Shown in pieces: positions 1 through 10,715 of a DNA stretch of 64,000 nt. This DNA is from Bilabrum cf. latius (lineage: Eukaryota): assembly GCA_965178125.1 (NCBI GenBank), contig OZ237735.1, positions 2,232,001-2,296,000 of the forward strand, written 5' to 3'. Position 1 is the first letter of the stretch; each line of letters begins with the position of its first letter. A program made the translations under genes and the position numbers. The notes beneath the pieces were generated by a model. That model was not told where the DNA came from. It made no database searches and saw nothing but the letters and a program-made list of their open reading frames with translations.

Positions 1-720
1 GTAACTAGGACGGCTGGGTGAGCAGTTGCATTCTCACAACAGTATCAGCAGGCCACCTGAATACACGTAAATCAGGTGCGCAAACAACTAATCGTGTGAA
101 ATGAATGGTTCGCGGAAACTCTTCGTCTGTGTCAGGCTCCATCGCAAAACCTGCAGTAGCAGCCCAACGAACAGCGGAGCTGTCAGAGTCGTCGGACGAA
201 GAATGGATGCGGCTATCAGAGCACAAATGAAAGACGTGGAGGTAAGGCCACGTGCTGATCCTAGAATTGTCCAAGACTTGCGAATCCGATGGTGCTGGAT
301 AGACTAAGTGAACGCCACCCAGGTAGCGGAGACTATCAGTACGATAGCATCCGGTGCTACTGCCATGAACCAGTCTCCGAGGTTTTCATTCTTGAAAAAT
401 CCAGCTATGCGCCAAGCAATCAAGCTCCCACTTGTCCCAGATTCGGCGAGAAGGGCTTGAAATATGACGTGCAGCAGGCAAGCGATAGCTGCAGTGCATG
501 TGGACACCAGCGCAACAATGTACTGCTACTTCGGCTTCCGGCCGAAAAGGCTCAACGGAGACGAAAATACGGGAGCTAACCCGAATGACGCAATTGCAAG
601 CATGCCATAGACAAGAGAGAATATGGATGGGCGCACCGCAGCGGCAGCCACAAGAACTACCCTTGCTACCCAAGTCGATATCAGGTATCCCTGCGGGGAT
701 ACACGAGACCGTCTGGCCAT
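1..720 (-). CDS. Piezo-family mechanosensitive ion channel, N-terminal part (gene runs off the window start)
   Basis: ATG at 720. One frame joins ORFs 526..726 and 304..507 through TAGs at 526, 304 and 88. The multi-TM sequence (AAAVRPSIFSLVYGML...LLHVIFQ...WFMAVAPDAIVLIVS...ASILRPTTLTAPLF...YSGGLLILL) resembles the Piezo N-terminal helices (RLVAPDLGILVVS; HPSALSSVY). A probable GTGAG intron donor at 37 removes the TGA at 34-36. Confidence 0.65.
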
Positions 721-1102
721 GGCCACTTTGGCTTCAAATGCGTCTTATTGGCTTGCGAGTATCTCAGACCAGTCAACTGTGCTTGAAAACGCGGCGGCGA
801 TCACTGGATTCCGCAACTGCAAGGTGTGTTTCTCCTCAGACACAAGCTCCTTCGAGACCAATTGCCGATTCAACAATGTCTTAATAGGTATCTGTATTTC
901 CGAAACCTTGATTGAGGGGCAGTTTATTGCCCCAAACCCACTCAGATTTGCATGCCAGCGCCTGGTCTTTTTGCCGATGATCTTCGCACGCAACAATTAT
1001 TTGAACAAACCAGATTTCAGTACCAGCCTTTGGCAGCCGTATACTCAGCATTCAATACTAGTACGACGCCCTTTATTTCCCCAATTCGTTGATAGTTGTG
1101 TT
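721..1102. promoter_or_regulatory. Divergent intergenic region between the Piezo-like and RNF25-like genes (putative bidirectional promoter)
   Basis: AT-richer ~380-bp gap between head-to-head start codons. No specific motif identified. Confidence 0.4.
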
Positions 1103-2803
1103 ATGGTGTTGTCTATCAGGCAAGATGTGCAGGATGAGCTAGATGTGATTCAAGCGACCTTCCCACAAGGTGACTGCGAAGTTCTACAGGAACTGAGGGA
1201 AAATGCCTCAACACATCATGATGGATTGCCAACGTGGCCGCATCTAACATTAAAATGCATTCTGCAGCCACGAGATGCCATGACAACCAGCGGTCTGCTG
1301 TCTCGACGAGTGACAGCAACCATGTATCTCGGATTTGGATATGCAAAGTATCCCGACGCAGAGCAGCTGCCCGTATTCGTATCCTCAGAAGGAATTGGTT
1401 TGGAGCCACGCCAGCAACAAGTGGTAGCTGAGGCTGCGAGGCGAGCAGCACAAGCCGGCCTAGGCAGCACGTGTGGATGGGCAGTGGTCGCAGCTGCGAG
1501 TGAGGAGCTGGAACGGCTCGTAAAGAATCCACAGTGCGCATCTGCGTCACGAGATAGGGTAGAACGTGCAACCCTCGTGCTGCCTTGCATGCATGTTAGC
1601 CACGCCCGCTGCTGGCACGCATGGACCGCCGCACACACGGATCTTTGGCGCACAGGAAAGGCTGGACGAAGTGCAATGGAGCGTATCAAGTAGAGAATTG
1701 TGGCGGAGCTCGGCTCGGTGGCAGAGTAGCAGCATTCAGTCGACCAGGCTCGCAAGAACGCGCAGGCCAAAGCTGCTGCCACTTAGCGCGCCAAAGGTAT
1801 CGTATCAGGTTTTAAAGGTTCGATTGGGAAGCTCCAGAAAGACATGGAAGATATGAAGGGCAAGCACCGCGACCAGGCAGGGCAAGAGCTGGCAAGCCTT
1901 CAGAGCCGCTTGAGGAAAGCAGAACACACTCTCAGCAGCGCGACCAAGTCGCAATCAGGTGCAGAAAGAGAGCTTGCACGGCTTTCAGAGAGGCTCAGTG
2001 GCGCTAATTTGCCTGCATTTACTGTTGCTGGATCAAGGGCCGCCTCTTCTGGGGCTGGTGCAGCGGATCCTGGGGCCACCGAAACAGCAGCCGTGGGTGG
2101 TGACTACACGGGGCTAGAGCAAACAGCCTGGGCAGAGGCTATCAGCTCGCTCGGGACACCGTGCCCGGTGTGTCGCCGCGAGGTTTCTAATGCGACGCAA
2201 ACGGACGATGCTAGAATTCGCAACATGTGGATAGTCGTCGAAAGATGTGCCTAGTCCTCGCCCGCCCAGCCGACGTCTCTGGCGTCGTCAACAGGCGCGG
2301 CAACAGACAGCGGAAAAGTTGGAGACACAACAGGCGCAGGCAAAGGCGCCTCTTCGAAGAGAAGACGCCGAAAACATGCAGACTCCAGCGCGACGCCTGC
2401 AGAATCAGAGGCATAGCCGAGGCCACAGCGAAGCGAGGCAACTGCTAGTGCACAACCTTCGAGCGGTGCGGCTGCAGCTAGCAGCAAGACATCAGCTGGC
2501 ATTGATCGGAGACAGGCAAGGAGGCTTCGAAGGCAGAAGCGCAAGGGGAAAGGCGCCGGAGCAGCAGGTGCGTCAGAGGCCTCCACTCTTCCAGAAAGCG
2601 GGTAGTCGCAGTCGGGGTGTGCTGCTGCTGCTGCTGCGTCTGGGGCCTCCAGCGTACCAAGGGAAGGGGACGGCGAAGATGAAGAGGAGGATATGGAAAG
2701 TGTTCTCCGTGCTTGGGCCGCGAAACGCGAGGAGCTCAACGCATCGTTGGAACGCCAGCGCAAGTGCCGAGGTATCTTTGATGAAACTGCAATCGAGTCT
2801 TGA
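1103..2803 (+). CDS. RWD + split RING E3 ubiquitin ligase, RNF25-like (~566 aa with TAG=Gln)
   Basis: ATG 1103 to TGA 2801-2803 in one frame with 6 in-frame TAGs (e.g. 1691, 1727, 1784, 2252). It has an RWD-type start (QDVQDELDVIQATFP, YPD), RING halves LPCMHVSHARC and TPCPVCR, and a C-terminal LERQRKCRGIFD resembling the RNF25 RQQERGGIID motif. Confidence 0.65.
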
Positions 2804-2856
2804 TGCCCACAGCATGGAAGCTGCCGTTTCCTGATATTGAATAACTTGAGTCTAAT

Positions 2857-5800
2857 TCAATCGTCATTGCGTTCGCCCGAAGCATCCAAGCCCGAGCGCT
2901 TGCCTGCATCGCCGTCTGAAGCGTTCTGGTCGGGATCGTGAAGCCCGTCTTTAGGTTCTCCGGACTTGGAGAGCAATGAATCTGCCTACCAGACTGCGTC
3001 CAACACCGATCCGTCAGAGAAGCTATTAGCTGATCTATCGTCATCACTGGGACCGTCCAGCTCCTCGGCCAACCGAGCCAATGCTCGTACAGCCCCACTT
3101 GCTTGATTTGAGCCGTGTCTGGCAGCGCTGTGGTCGACACCTCGCGCTGGTGACACGTCGCTAAGATCAGAGGCGAGCTCGCTGCCATCGCTGGACGATA
3201 GATCGATCTGCAGGTTTGTCGCGTAGTCCATAAGCCCCAGCAGGTCCCTGCTCTCCTGCATGCCGTAGTCCTAACGCCGAGCCTACGATGTCTTGGACCG
3301 GCGATCTTGCCGCACCGGCCTTCTCCCCTTCTGTGCTTTGGATGCCATCGCTCGCGTTTGGCTCTGCTTGGCTTTGCCGAGCGTCTGGGACTTGGATGAT
3401 GACAGTCGCTTAAGGTGCCGTAACACGGATTGCTGCCGTTTTGCGGCAACTCGAGCGCTGCTACTCTTCCGCAGGACTGCATATTCAACGACGCCATCAG
3501 CAACCGAAGACCTTGCCGTGGGCCTTGGCTTGCTCTTCTTGCGTGTGGCTGCCTTCCTTCCAATATGCCTTGTATTCCGTTTCCTGCTTGAACCAGTTTC
3601 AGGGCCATAAGTAGTCTCGCGCAGCCTTTGTGTCCAGCAGTGCACGCTCTCGCCCTTGCTGGGGGCATCATCGAACGAGGCTTCGCTCCAGGCTTGATGC
3701 GATCCACCCGTTCTCCTAAGCTTTGCAAGGCGTTTTTCCTGGCTAGAAAGTCTACTGGAGACTGCCAAGACCTACAGCTTGCGAACATCAGCCTTTGAAC
3801 CACGGGTTCTACTCTTCGACCTGCTCTTCCTTGCAGTCCGGGCGCGGCGCCGCCTTGCCGCCTTGAAGCTCGCAGCCTTGGCGGCTCGCGGCTAGTCAGA
3901 ACCAGCAGAATTCATACTTGGGTGTTTCTGTGCAAGCTATGCGGCCGCATGCTGCCCCTGAACCAGAGTTTCATCTCTTGGTTGCTCCCACGGCTAGAAA
4001 TCGGTCTCGATCCGAACTCGCGCAGGCGATGACGAGCTCTGATTGGGCCGAGCGCTTGCCTTCTCGTTTGTACTGGAAGCCTCCAGATCAACCTTGAAGA
4101 CTATAGATCGTGATGGACTTGAAGAGGTCACTTGCAGAGTATGCTGTGCGATACTGCAGCTGTTGCTGTCCTGGGTTGGCACCTTGGAGCCGCCACCGTA
4201 GCTCGCACCTCGTTGAGGTAGTGACACGCGCGGCTCTTGCAGAAGAGCCCCCCTCGCAGGAGAAGCAGCTGCATTGCTGGTTTTGCCTCGACCACTGTCA
4301 AGTGCAGCATCCTCCATGCCGGTGCTTCTTGCCGTGTCGTCGAGGACGTGATCTGAAGCAGGAGCAGTCGACTGCACAAGCGTGTATTCCTGCTTCTGTT
4401 GCTCCAAATCCTCATCCGATTCTACCGCAACCGCATCGAATTTGGTTGAATCGATCGCTGCAGTGGCAGTAGGCAATCTAGGATTAGTGTCACTCCCCCG
4501 GAGGTTACCTGCACTGGTCTGTAACCAAGCATGCTGCTGTAAAACATCACTGTCTTCGTCTGGCAGTTGCATTACAGCACCCGCACCCTCGTTTGAATGG
4601 CTGCTGGACTCAAACTGAGATATATTGCCCTGCATCAAATGCTGCTACATTGGTGCAACCTTACCGTGGTCAGTGGAGTGCAAATCGGCAGCCTGCTAGT
4701 CGGAGTTCGTGCGCTGATTCAATGCCTTGACCATGAGGTTTAGGTGGGCTCGCATCTTGGCTGCTTGCAGTGATGATTTGCTGCCAACTTGCTGCGTTGC
4801 AGATCTATTGGCCCCATACCATGCCGGCACTTGGCCGGGCACAACGGCAATTCCAGCTGTCTGCAACTCTTCCATCTGCTACTGCCTGATTGCACCCCAT
4901 GACGCGCCAATTGACTGCAGGCGATCATGCGTCGCAGCAACGTCACCATTTGGATCTAGTTCGCTGCCTTGAGAGGACTCGCTGCAAGCTGGAGCTGCCT
5001 AATGCAGAGGTTTCATGCTGGCCTGCTGATTGGTTTGGCTGGCTTGCACCTTCCCAAAAGGAGCGTGGCAGGCGGCTTCGGTGCTTTGACAAGACTCGTT
5101 GCAGGGCGCTTCCGCTTGTTTCAAATGGTCGCCTAGGTCCGATACTTGGCATCGGTCGCTGGCTAAGTGCCCTGAGTCCCGCGTCTACGTCACGGTCTTC
5201 TTCGAAGGTGTGCGCCGTGGAGAACGACTGCTTCCCTACCAAGTCCGCTGCACCCTTACCGATGTCCTTGTTGTCCTCGAGGTCGGACTCCCCCTCGTCC
5301 TGTGACTAGCTTCTGAACGACTGGTCTGCCAGGCCAGAGGGCTATTGATCACGCTCGTGGGACTTCTGCTCCGCATTGAAACAGCGTCTTGCAGCCTCTC
5401 GCTGCTCGCTAGCTCTGCCAGGCCCTGTGCAACTTGTGGTTTCAGCGTCGATAGCATGAATCCTTCCGCGCCAGATCCCACTTCGGTGTTTCGGAGAGCG
5501 CTATGCTTGCTCCTACTGGCCTGAAGTGGCGACCTAGGACCTGTCGCGGTCTGCCGAAAATCCAATCTCTGCACTGTGACTGCCTATTCGATACTCGTAT
5601 CCTGAACGTGGGGACTAGTCTCTTCCGAAATAGCCTCTCCAGATTCACCATGGCCTTGAGGCTGTGAAGAGCTCTCTGCGTGTTGAGCTGCCTGGCGGCC
5701 AGATTGGGAGGATGCGCTGTCTATAGCAACACCCATCGTTCTACCAATCGGCTAACTCTGCACAGCTGCGGTTCGTTGCTCGGAGAGTATGCGTAGCGCA

Positions 5801-8800
5801 GCCTGGCTTCGTTCTAGGAGAGCTTGAGTCTCGGAGTCGATGTGCTCTGGAACATCGACGTGCGGGCGAACAGACAAATCAACGGGCGCAGCCGGAGCAA
5901 GGGGGTGCAGCGTAAGCTTGACACCTTCTTGCGTTCTAGAATCAGCATCTATTGCCAACGGTTGTGCCGCAGCCTGCGAAGCCACCACCAGTCGTGCTGC
6001 TCGGCCGCTTCGTTCAACGGTGGAAGTGCTTGGCTGGCGGTGCGCCTGCGCGTGAGCCACAGCAAGACGGACAGCAGATTCATACGAGGCTCTCTTCCCT
6101 TTGCCAGAGTCTGCGCTCTCTCCTGAGGCAGGATAGCTGCTCCCTTGCAAGACTAGCGATGGAGAGGGTGATGCGGGCCGGGACGGGGCAACATCTGCCT
6201 CTGCGACGCTTGCGTCGCACTGGAGCGGAAGGCCACTAGATTCACCCTACTTCGTATCGTTGGAAACGGCTTGCTACTCGAGAGCTGAACGTGTACGAAC
6301 TCCAGATGTGCTTGCCTGCTACAGAGCAGCAGTGACACCTCGTTGGTGGCCAGCATGCTGAGCGTTAGGGGACTGCTGCTGCTGCTTGTACATGACAAGC
6401 GTTCCAGATGATGTCTACAGCTAGAACAAAACGTTGTCAGACCCCCCTACAGTCTAGAATGCGGTAGCTTCACTTTGCTGCAATGATGGCTGAGGCTACG
6501 AATTGCCAGTCGGAATGACAGCGCGCTACTCGTGATGAACTTGCGCTGGCTGTTCTCCGATTGCAGCGAGCAGCATGCTGGTGCGATCCATAGTCTTCGA
6601 CGCTGCAGCAGCCATCCTCTGCTTTCGCGAAATAGAGCTTTCTTCGCTATCATCAGCAGACTAGGCTCGCTCAGCTGGCGCTGCTTGCGCAGATGACATG
6701 AACGACGACAGCTCAAGTTGATGCGTAGCAAGAGACCTGGGATAGGCTGTTCCAGAAGCTGCTGGTACTGCTGCTGATCTATTTGACTGTGTAGTTCCTT
6801 GGGGCGGCGTTGCTTGGACGCCCACGCTCTGGTTGGCTTCGTGTCCATGATTCTTTCTGGCCTGTTTCCAGTGTGCCGCCCCGGACACGTGGGTTTCGGG
6901 CACTGGCTCGCCAAATCGCTATGCAGCCTTGCTCTGAAGCTCACCAGGGCCGCCAGATGACCGATCATCAAGCCCAACCCACATGGAGACGGGCTCCTTG
7001 TGCTTTGCTTGCTGGGTGGCAGCACCACTAGGAACGAGCGGCGGGGGCACGTATGTACTATACGAAGGCGTCCATGCGGCGCCCTTTGCACCGTTGCTAC
7101 AGCCTACTTCAACATCACCAGACCCGATGACTTCGTGGTCGTTACGACTCCCAGTCCCACTCAGTAGTGGTGCACGCATCCGGGGGGACCCAATCTCGAG
7201 AGCTGCTCCATCGTCACCTATGGCAGCTTTCGCGGCCGAGCCGGATAAATCTACCTACTGCTGCTCATGCAATCGGTGAGTATCTGCTGTAAGCTACCGT
7301 GGCGGGGGCGGTGGGGGTGGCCGCTGCATCTTCCATCGGTGCGACAAGCTGCTCAGTCCTGCCCTTTGATTCTCCAGTCCAACAGCCTCTTGTACAGCTG
7401 GCAGCGGTGAGAGGAGTGCTGCGTAGTCACTTTCCTCCCTTGGACGCCCTTCCACCGAATAACCTGCTGCTGCTGGGAGTACCTGCTGCTAGACTTGATT
7501 GGTTGGCTCCTACTGTGCAGCCCCAAACTGTAGCGATCGCATGGCAGCAGCAGCTGGCGATAGCATCGACCTTTTGGATGCCATGGACGATGCACTGGGC
7601 GGTGAGGACCTCCAGTGTGCGTTAGACTGGTAGCCAGACGCAATCGAGTCAGTTTCGATGCCACCATCATGCTGTGGTGTTCTTGTTGGTCCTCCATCGG
7701 CCAGCATTCCATACATTCCCCGGGCAATGCTGTGCTGCGAGCCACCGTGGTGAGGCTGCGATGGCGGGCTAACACCGGTGCGCCGGGCAGTGGAAGTTGC
7801 ACCGGCCTTGTCTTGCATACGGGCCAGGGCTCTCTTGAGTGCGGCCGAGAGCTTCGCAACCTCGCTGCTGTCTCCTCCCGTAAGTCTACCATGCAGCCCG
7901 TTGCCAAGGACCTACGGCTATGCAGTGGCAGGCTGCGTGGGATTCACCTCTTTGCATCGGTCCGCCTCATCCATGGAGTCTGAAGGTTCAGTCATGGCCG
8001 CCGCCGGGCTTTGCATACCAGCTACGACTTGGGAGCTGTCCATCTCGCGCTGCCGCCTCGGACTTCGTCCTTTAGCGTGCTGACCTATCTCATCGTCTGC
8101 CTCGAGCAGCTCCTCCGCCTAGACCACGGCATCAGGTTGCATCTTTGGCGGAGGAGGTCTGGCAAGTAGAACGTCTCCTGGTCTCCCTTCCGAGTCCCGG
8201 ATCTACTTTGCGAAGAATGCCTCGTTGCGCTATTGCTGCTGGACGCGGGCACCAACTGATCGCCACTTCGATTTAGAAGTTGCACTTGTTCTCTTGGAAG
8301 GTTGCCCATTGGTCGAGGCAGCACCATCATCATCACCGCTACTGCCGACGATGTCACGCCATGGAGGACGAGAATCTGCCAAAGCACTGTTCCGACCAGC
8401 CGATCGAGTAGATCGCCGTGCACGGGACTGGACTAATTTGCTAGGCTATTTCGGCCTGATCCGATCCGGCTTGGACGGTTCAAACACAACGAGCTATGTG
8501 CTCGCGTTATAACCAGGGTCTAAGTTTGGTCGCAGCGATTCAGCGAATGAGACTCGTCTGGTGCGTTTCGGGCGTTTGCGTGTGCGACTGCCCTGCAGGA
8601 TACCGGTTCTCTATTCCTCTTGATGCTCGACTGGAATAGCAAGCGCACTGGGATCCAACGTGCCGTGTGATTGACCAGTCAAGTAGCTTTGCTGCTAGTC
8701 TAAAGTCGAAGCCTCCGCAGGCTGCCTCCCTTCCACGTGCAGCTGCATGCGCGTTGCCATGGACAAGGCCAGCGCGTTGCAGGCGTCTCGCTCGTGTTCG

Positions 8801-10600
8801 GTGATCCGGCGTCCATCCAATGCCTGCAGAGAGCTGAGGGCGGCAATCATGACAGCGCGGTATCCTGCTTGTCTAGCTTTAGTCTCCTGGTCCAGGCGGC
8901 TGCCGGGTAAAGATGATGCCTCGGTTGGCTGGCGCTCGATAGCCGACGCTGTCAGTGGGACCGCTCTAGGGTGCAGGATCACTTCTCGTGCGATGCGCAC
9001 AGCATCCAAGCTCTCGTGGCTAAACTCCGACTCTTCCCAAGTCTCCACGTACTCTATCGCCCCTGAAATTGCCTTGATTGGATTGAATGTCTCTCTGGAG
9101 ATTCCAAATAGACGGTCACTGTACTGTGCCTCAGCCCCAGTAGCTGACCCTCTCTGAGACTCATGCATTGCGTCAAGGGTTGCAGACTCGTACAAGCCTG
9201 CATTGCATGGGTTCTCTCGCATGTCTAGGAGTGAGAGAGATGGCATACCACGAAGAGAAGCTGCTAGTTTTGTAGCATGCCGCAGCTCATTCGACCTCAT
9301 GGTTAGTGACTCTAGGGCAGGAACACATGCCGCGAATCTGGAGGGCACGTCTCGGATCTGGTTACTCGACACATCAAGCGACACCAGGTGCGGCCAAAGT
9401 GTCTGACCCATAGCAGTCACATCCTTCATGCCTCTAATGCAGTTGCCAGCGAGGGACAAGTGCCTCAGAGCGTGCAGTCGAGACAAAGGGAGCAGCGAGC
9501 CAAGCCGATTGCCGTCGAGCCGGAGCGTCTGCAGCAAGGGCATAGAAAGAGCGGGGGTGGCCCCACTGGCAGAATGTGCAGAGCTCCATGAAGCAGAGGA
9601 TGCACCTGGAGGGATAGACCCTGGCGCAGGCCCCGCGCTGTGACGCAGCCCGCAGCACCTCGCGCTCAAGTGCTCGAGCTAGCCCAGCCCTTCCAAGCAC
9701 TCGAAAGAGTCTAGCCTGCACCCATCTAGGTCAAGCGCCCGAAGCGCCGGAAATCTAGACTACCGGAGTGGTCGCGCGGTTCGAATTGGGTTGCCCCTGA
9801 GGCTGAGAGCGATTAGGGACTGACTGGACGGGCCCAGGCGGCCGGACCCAGAGGCTGGGCCGCTGGCCAGGGAGGCCTTCAGCTCGGCAATGCTGGCCAC
9901 GCTGCTGCCGGCTGCCCCCACGCCAAGCGATTGAGCCTAATGATGATCCGAACCACTTGAAGAAAGGTTTGCAATCCTGTTGCTGTCAGCGATGAGCACC
10001 TTGAGTGATTTGAGATGCTCAAGTCCAGCCTGCGAGCAGCCAAGGCAGGATCGAAAACAGCTCACGTGACATGTTCAGAAGACTGCATACTGTACGCACG
10101 GAAATATAGTATTCTTACTAAGCCGTACAGCTGGTTCTGGGCAAGTAGAAGCACTGCTAGCCTCGGCAGCTGCGCCCCAATTGGAAGAGAGTGTCCCTCA
10201 AGAGAGTTCTGGCTAACGTCCAGAGCCCGAAGAAATGGCAGTTGATTTACCTTTGACGCCTGGCTGCTGCCTATGTAGTTACTTCGAAGCGACAAGGATT
10301 CCAACTTCGTAGCTCGCTGGATTCCGTCTAGAAGTACAATCTGGTTCTTGCTCAGGTCGGCCGAAGCAGCATCGGCTATCTATGCTGCAAACTCATCAAT
10401 GTCGGCGATTTCTCTTTCCTGCAAACAGTAAACACTACATAGGAATGATTACAGGGTTTTATTGGTTCTAACAATAGTACACTTGCAGCCCATAACTTCA
10501 GCTAGCCGGACTCGGCAGGTGTCCCTGCCACAATCAATTCGGTGAGTGTGTCGTTTGGGATTCCCAAACTCACCTAAACAGTAAGATGTGAGTTATTCAT
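2857..10600 (-). CDS. SDS22/U2A'-type leucine-rich-repeat protein with a very long low-complexity C-terminal region (~2,500 aa)
   Basis: Exons 10600-10574, 10418-10119 and 10029-2857 (TGA). LRRs include ADLSKNQI, LSLRSNYI, LDVSQNSL, LRLDGNRL and LDMRENPC, with an LRR cap YRAVMIAALSSLQALDGRRITEHER. The listed fragments at 8695, 7510, 6919, 6661, 5752, 5236, 3994, 3283 and 2986 share one frame, and the breaks I checked are TAG. Confidence 0.75.
10030..10118 (-). other. Spliceosomal GT-AG intron 2 of the LRR gene (89 nt)
   Basis: Donor GTAAGA and acceptor CTCGCAG. Splicing restores the LRR register NQLYGL|AGLEHLKSLKVLIADSNRI. Confidence 0.75.
10419..10573 (-). other. Spliceosomal GT-AG intron 1 of the LRR gene (155 nt)
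   Basis: Donor GTGAGT and acceptor TTTGCAG. Splicing gives MNNSHLTV(TAG)|EREIADIDEF in frame. Confidence 0.6.
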
Positions 10601-10715
10601 AATAACCAATTGAAGTTCAAAGGTAACAAAGCAGCAGATTTGGAGCAATCAGGACTAGTTGCTCAACGTTGCAAACGGCAAGCAAGTGCGGAACCGGTGA
10701 TGCGCGGCGCCACAT

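Noticed and set aside
623-1102. N-terminal 160 aa of listed ORF 623..1693
   Set aside because: It overlaps the Piezo-like start on the opposite strand and the AT-rich gap. The RWD domain begins right after ATG 1103.
4943-5650. Second minus-strand frame open for ~700 bp, suggesting a frameshift in the LRR gene
   Set aside because: The main frame stays open throughout, and the alternative is bounded by TGAs. Long spurious frames are expected with only two stop codons.
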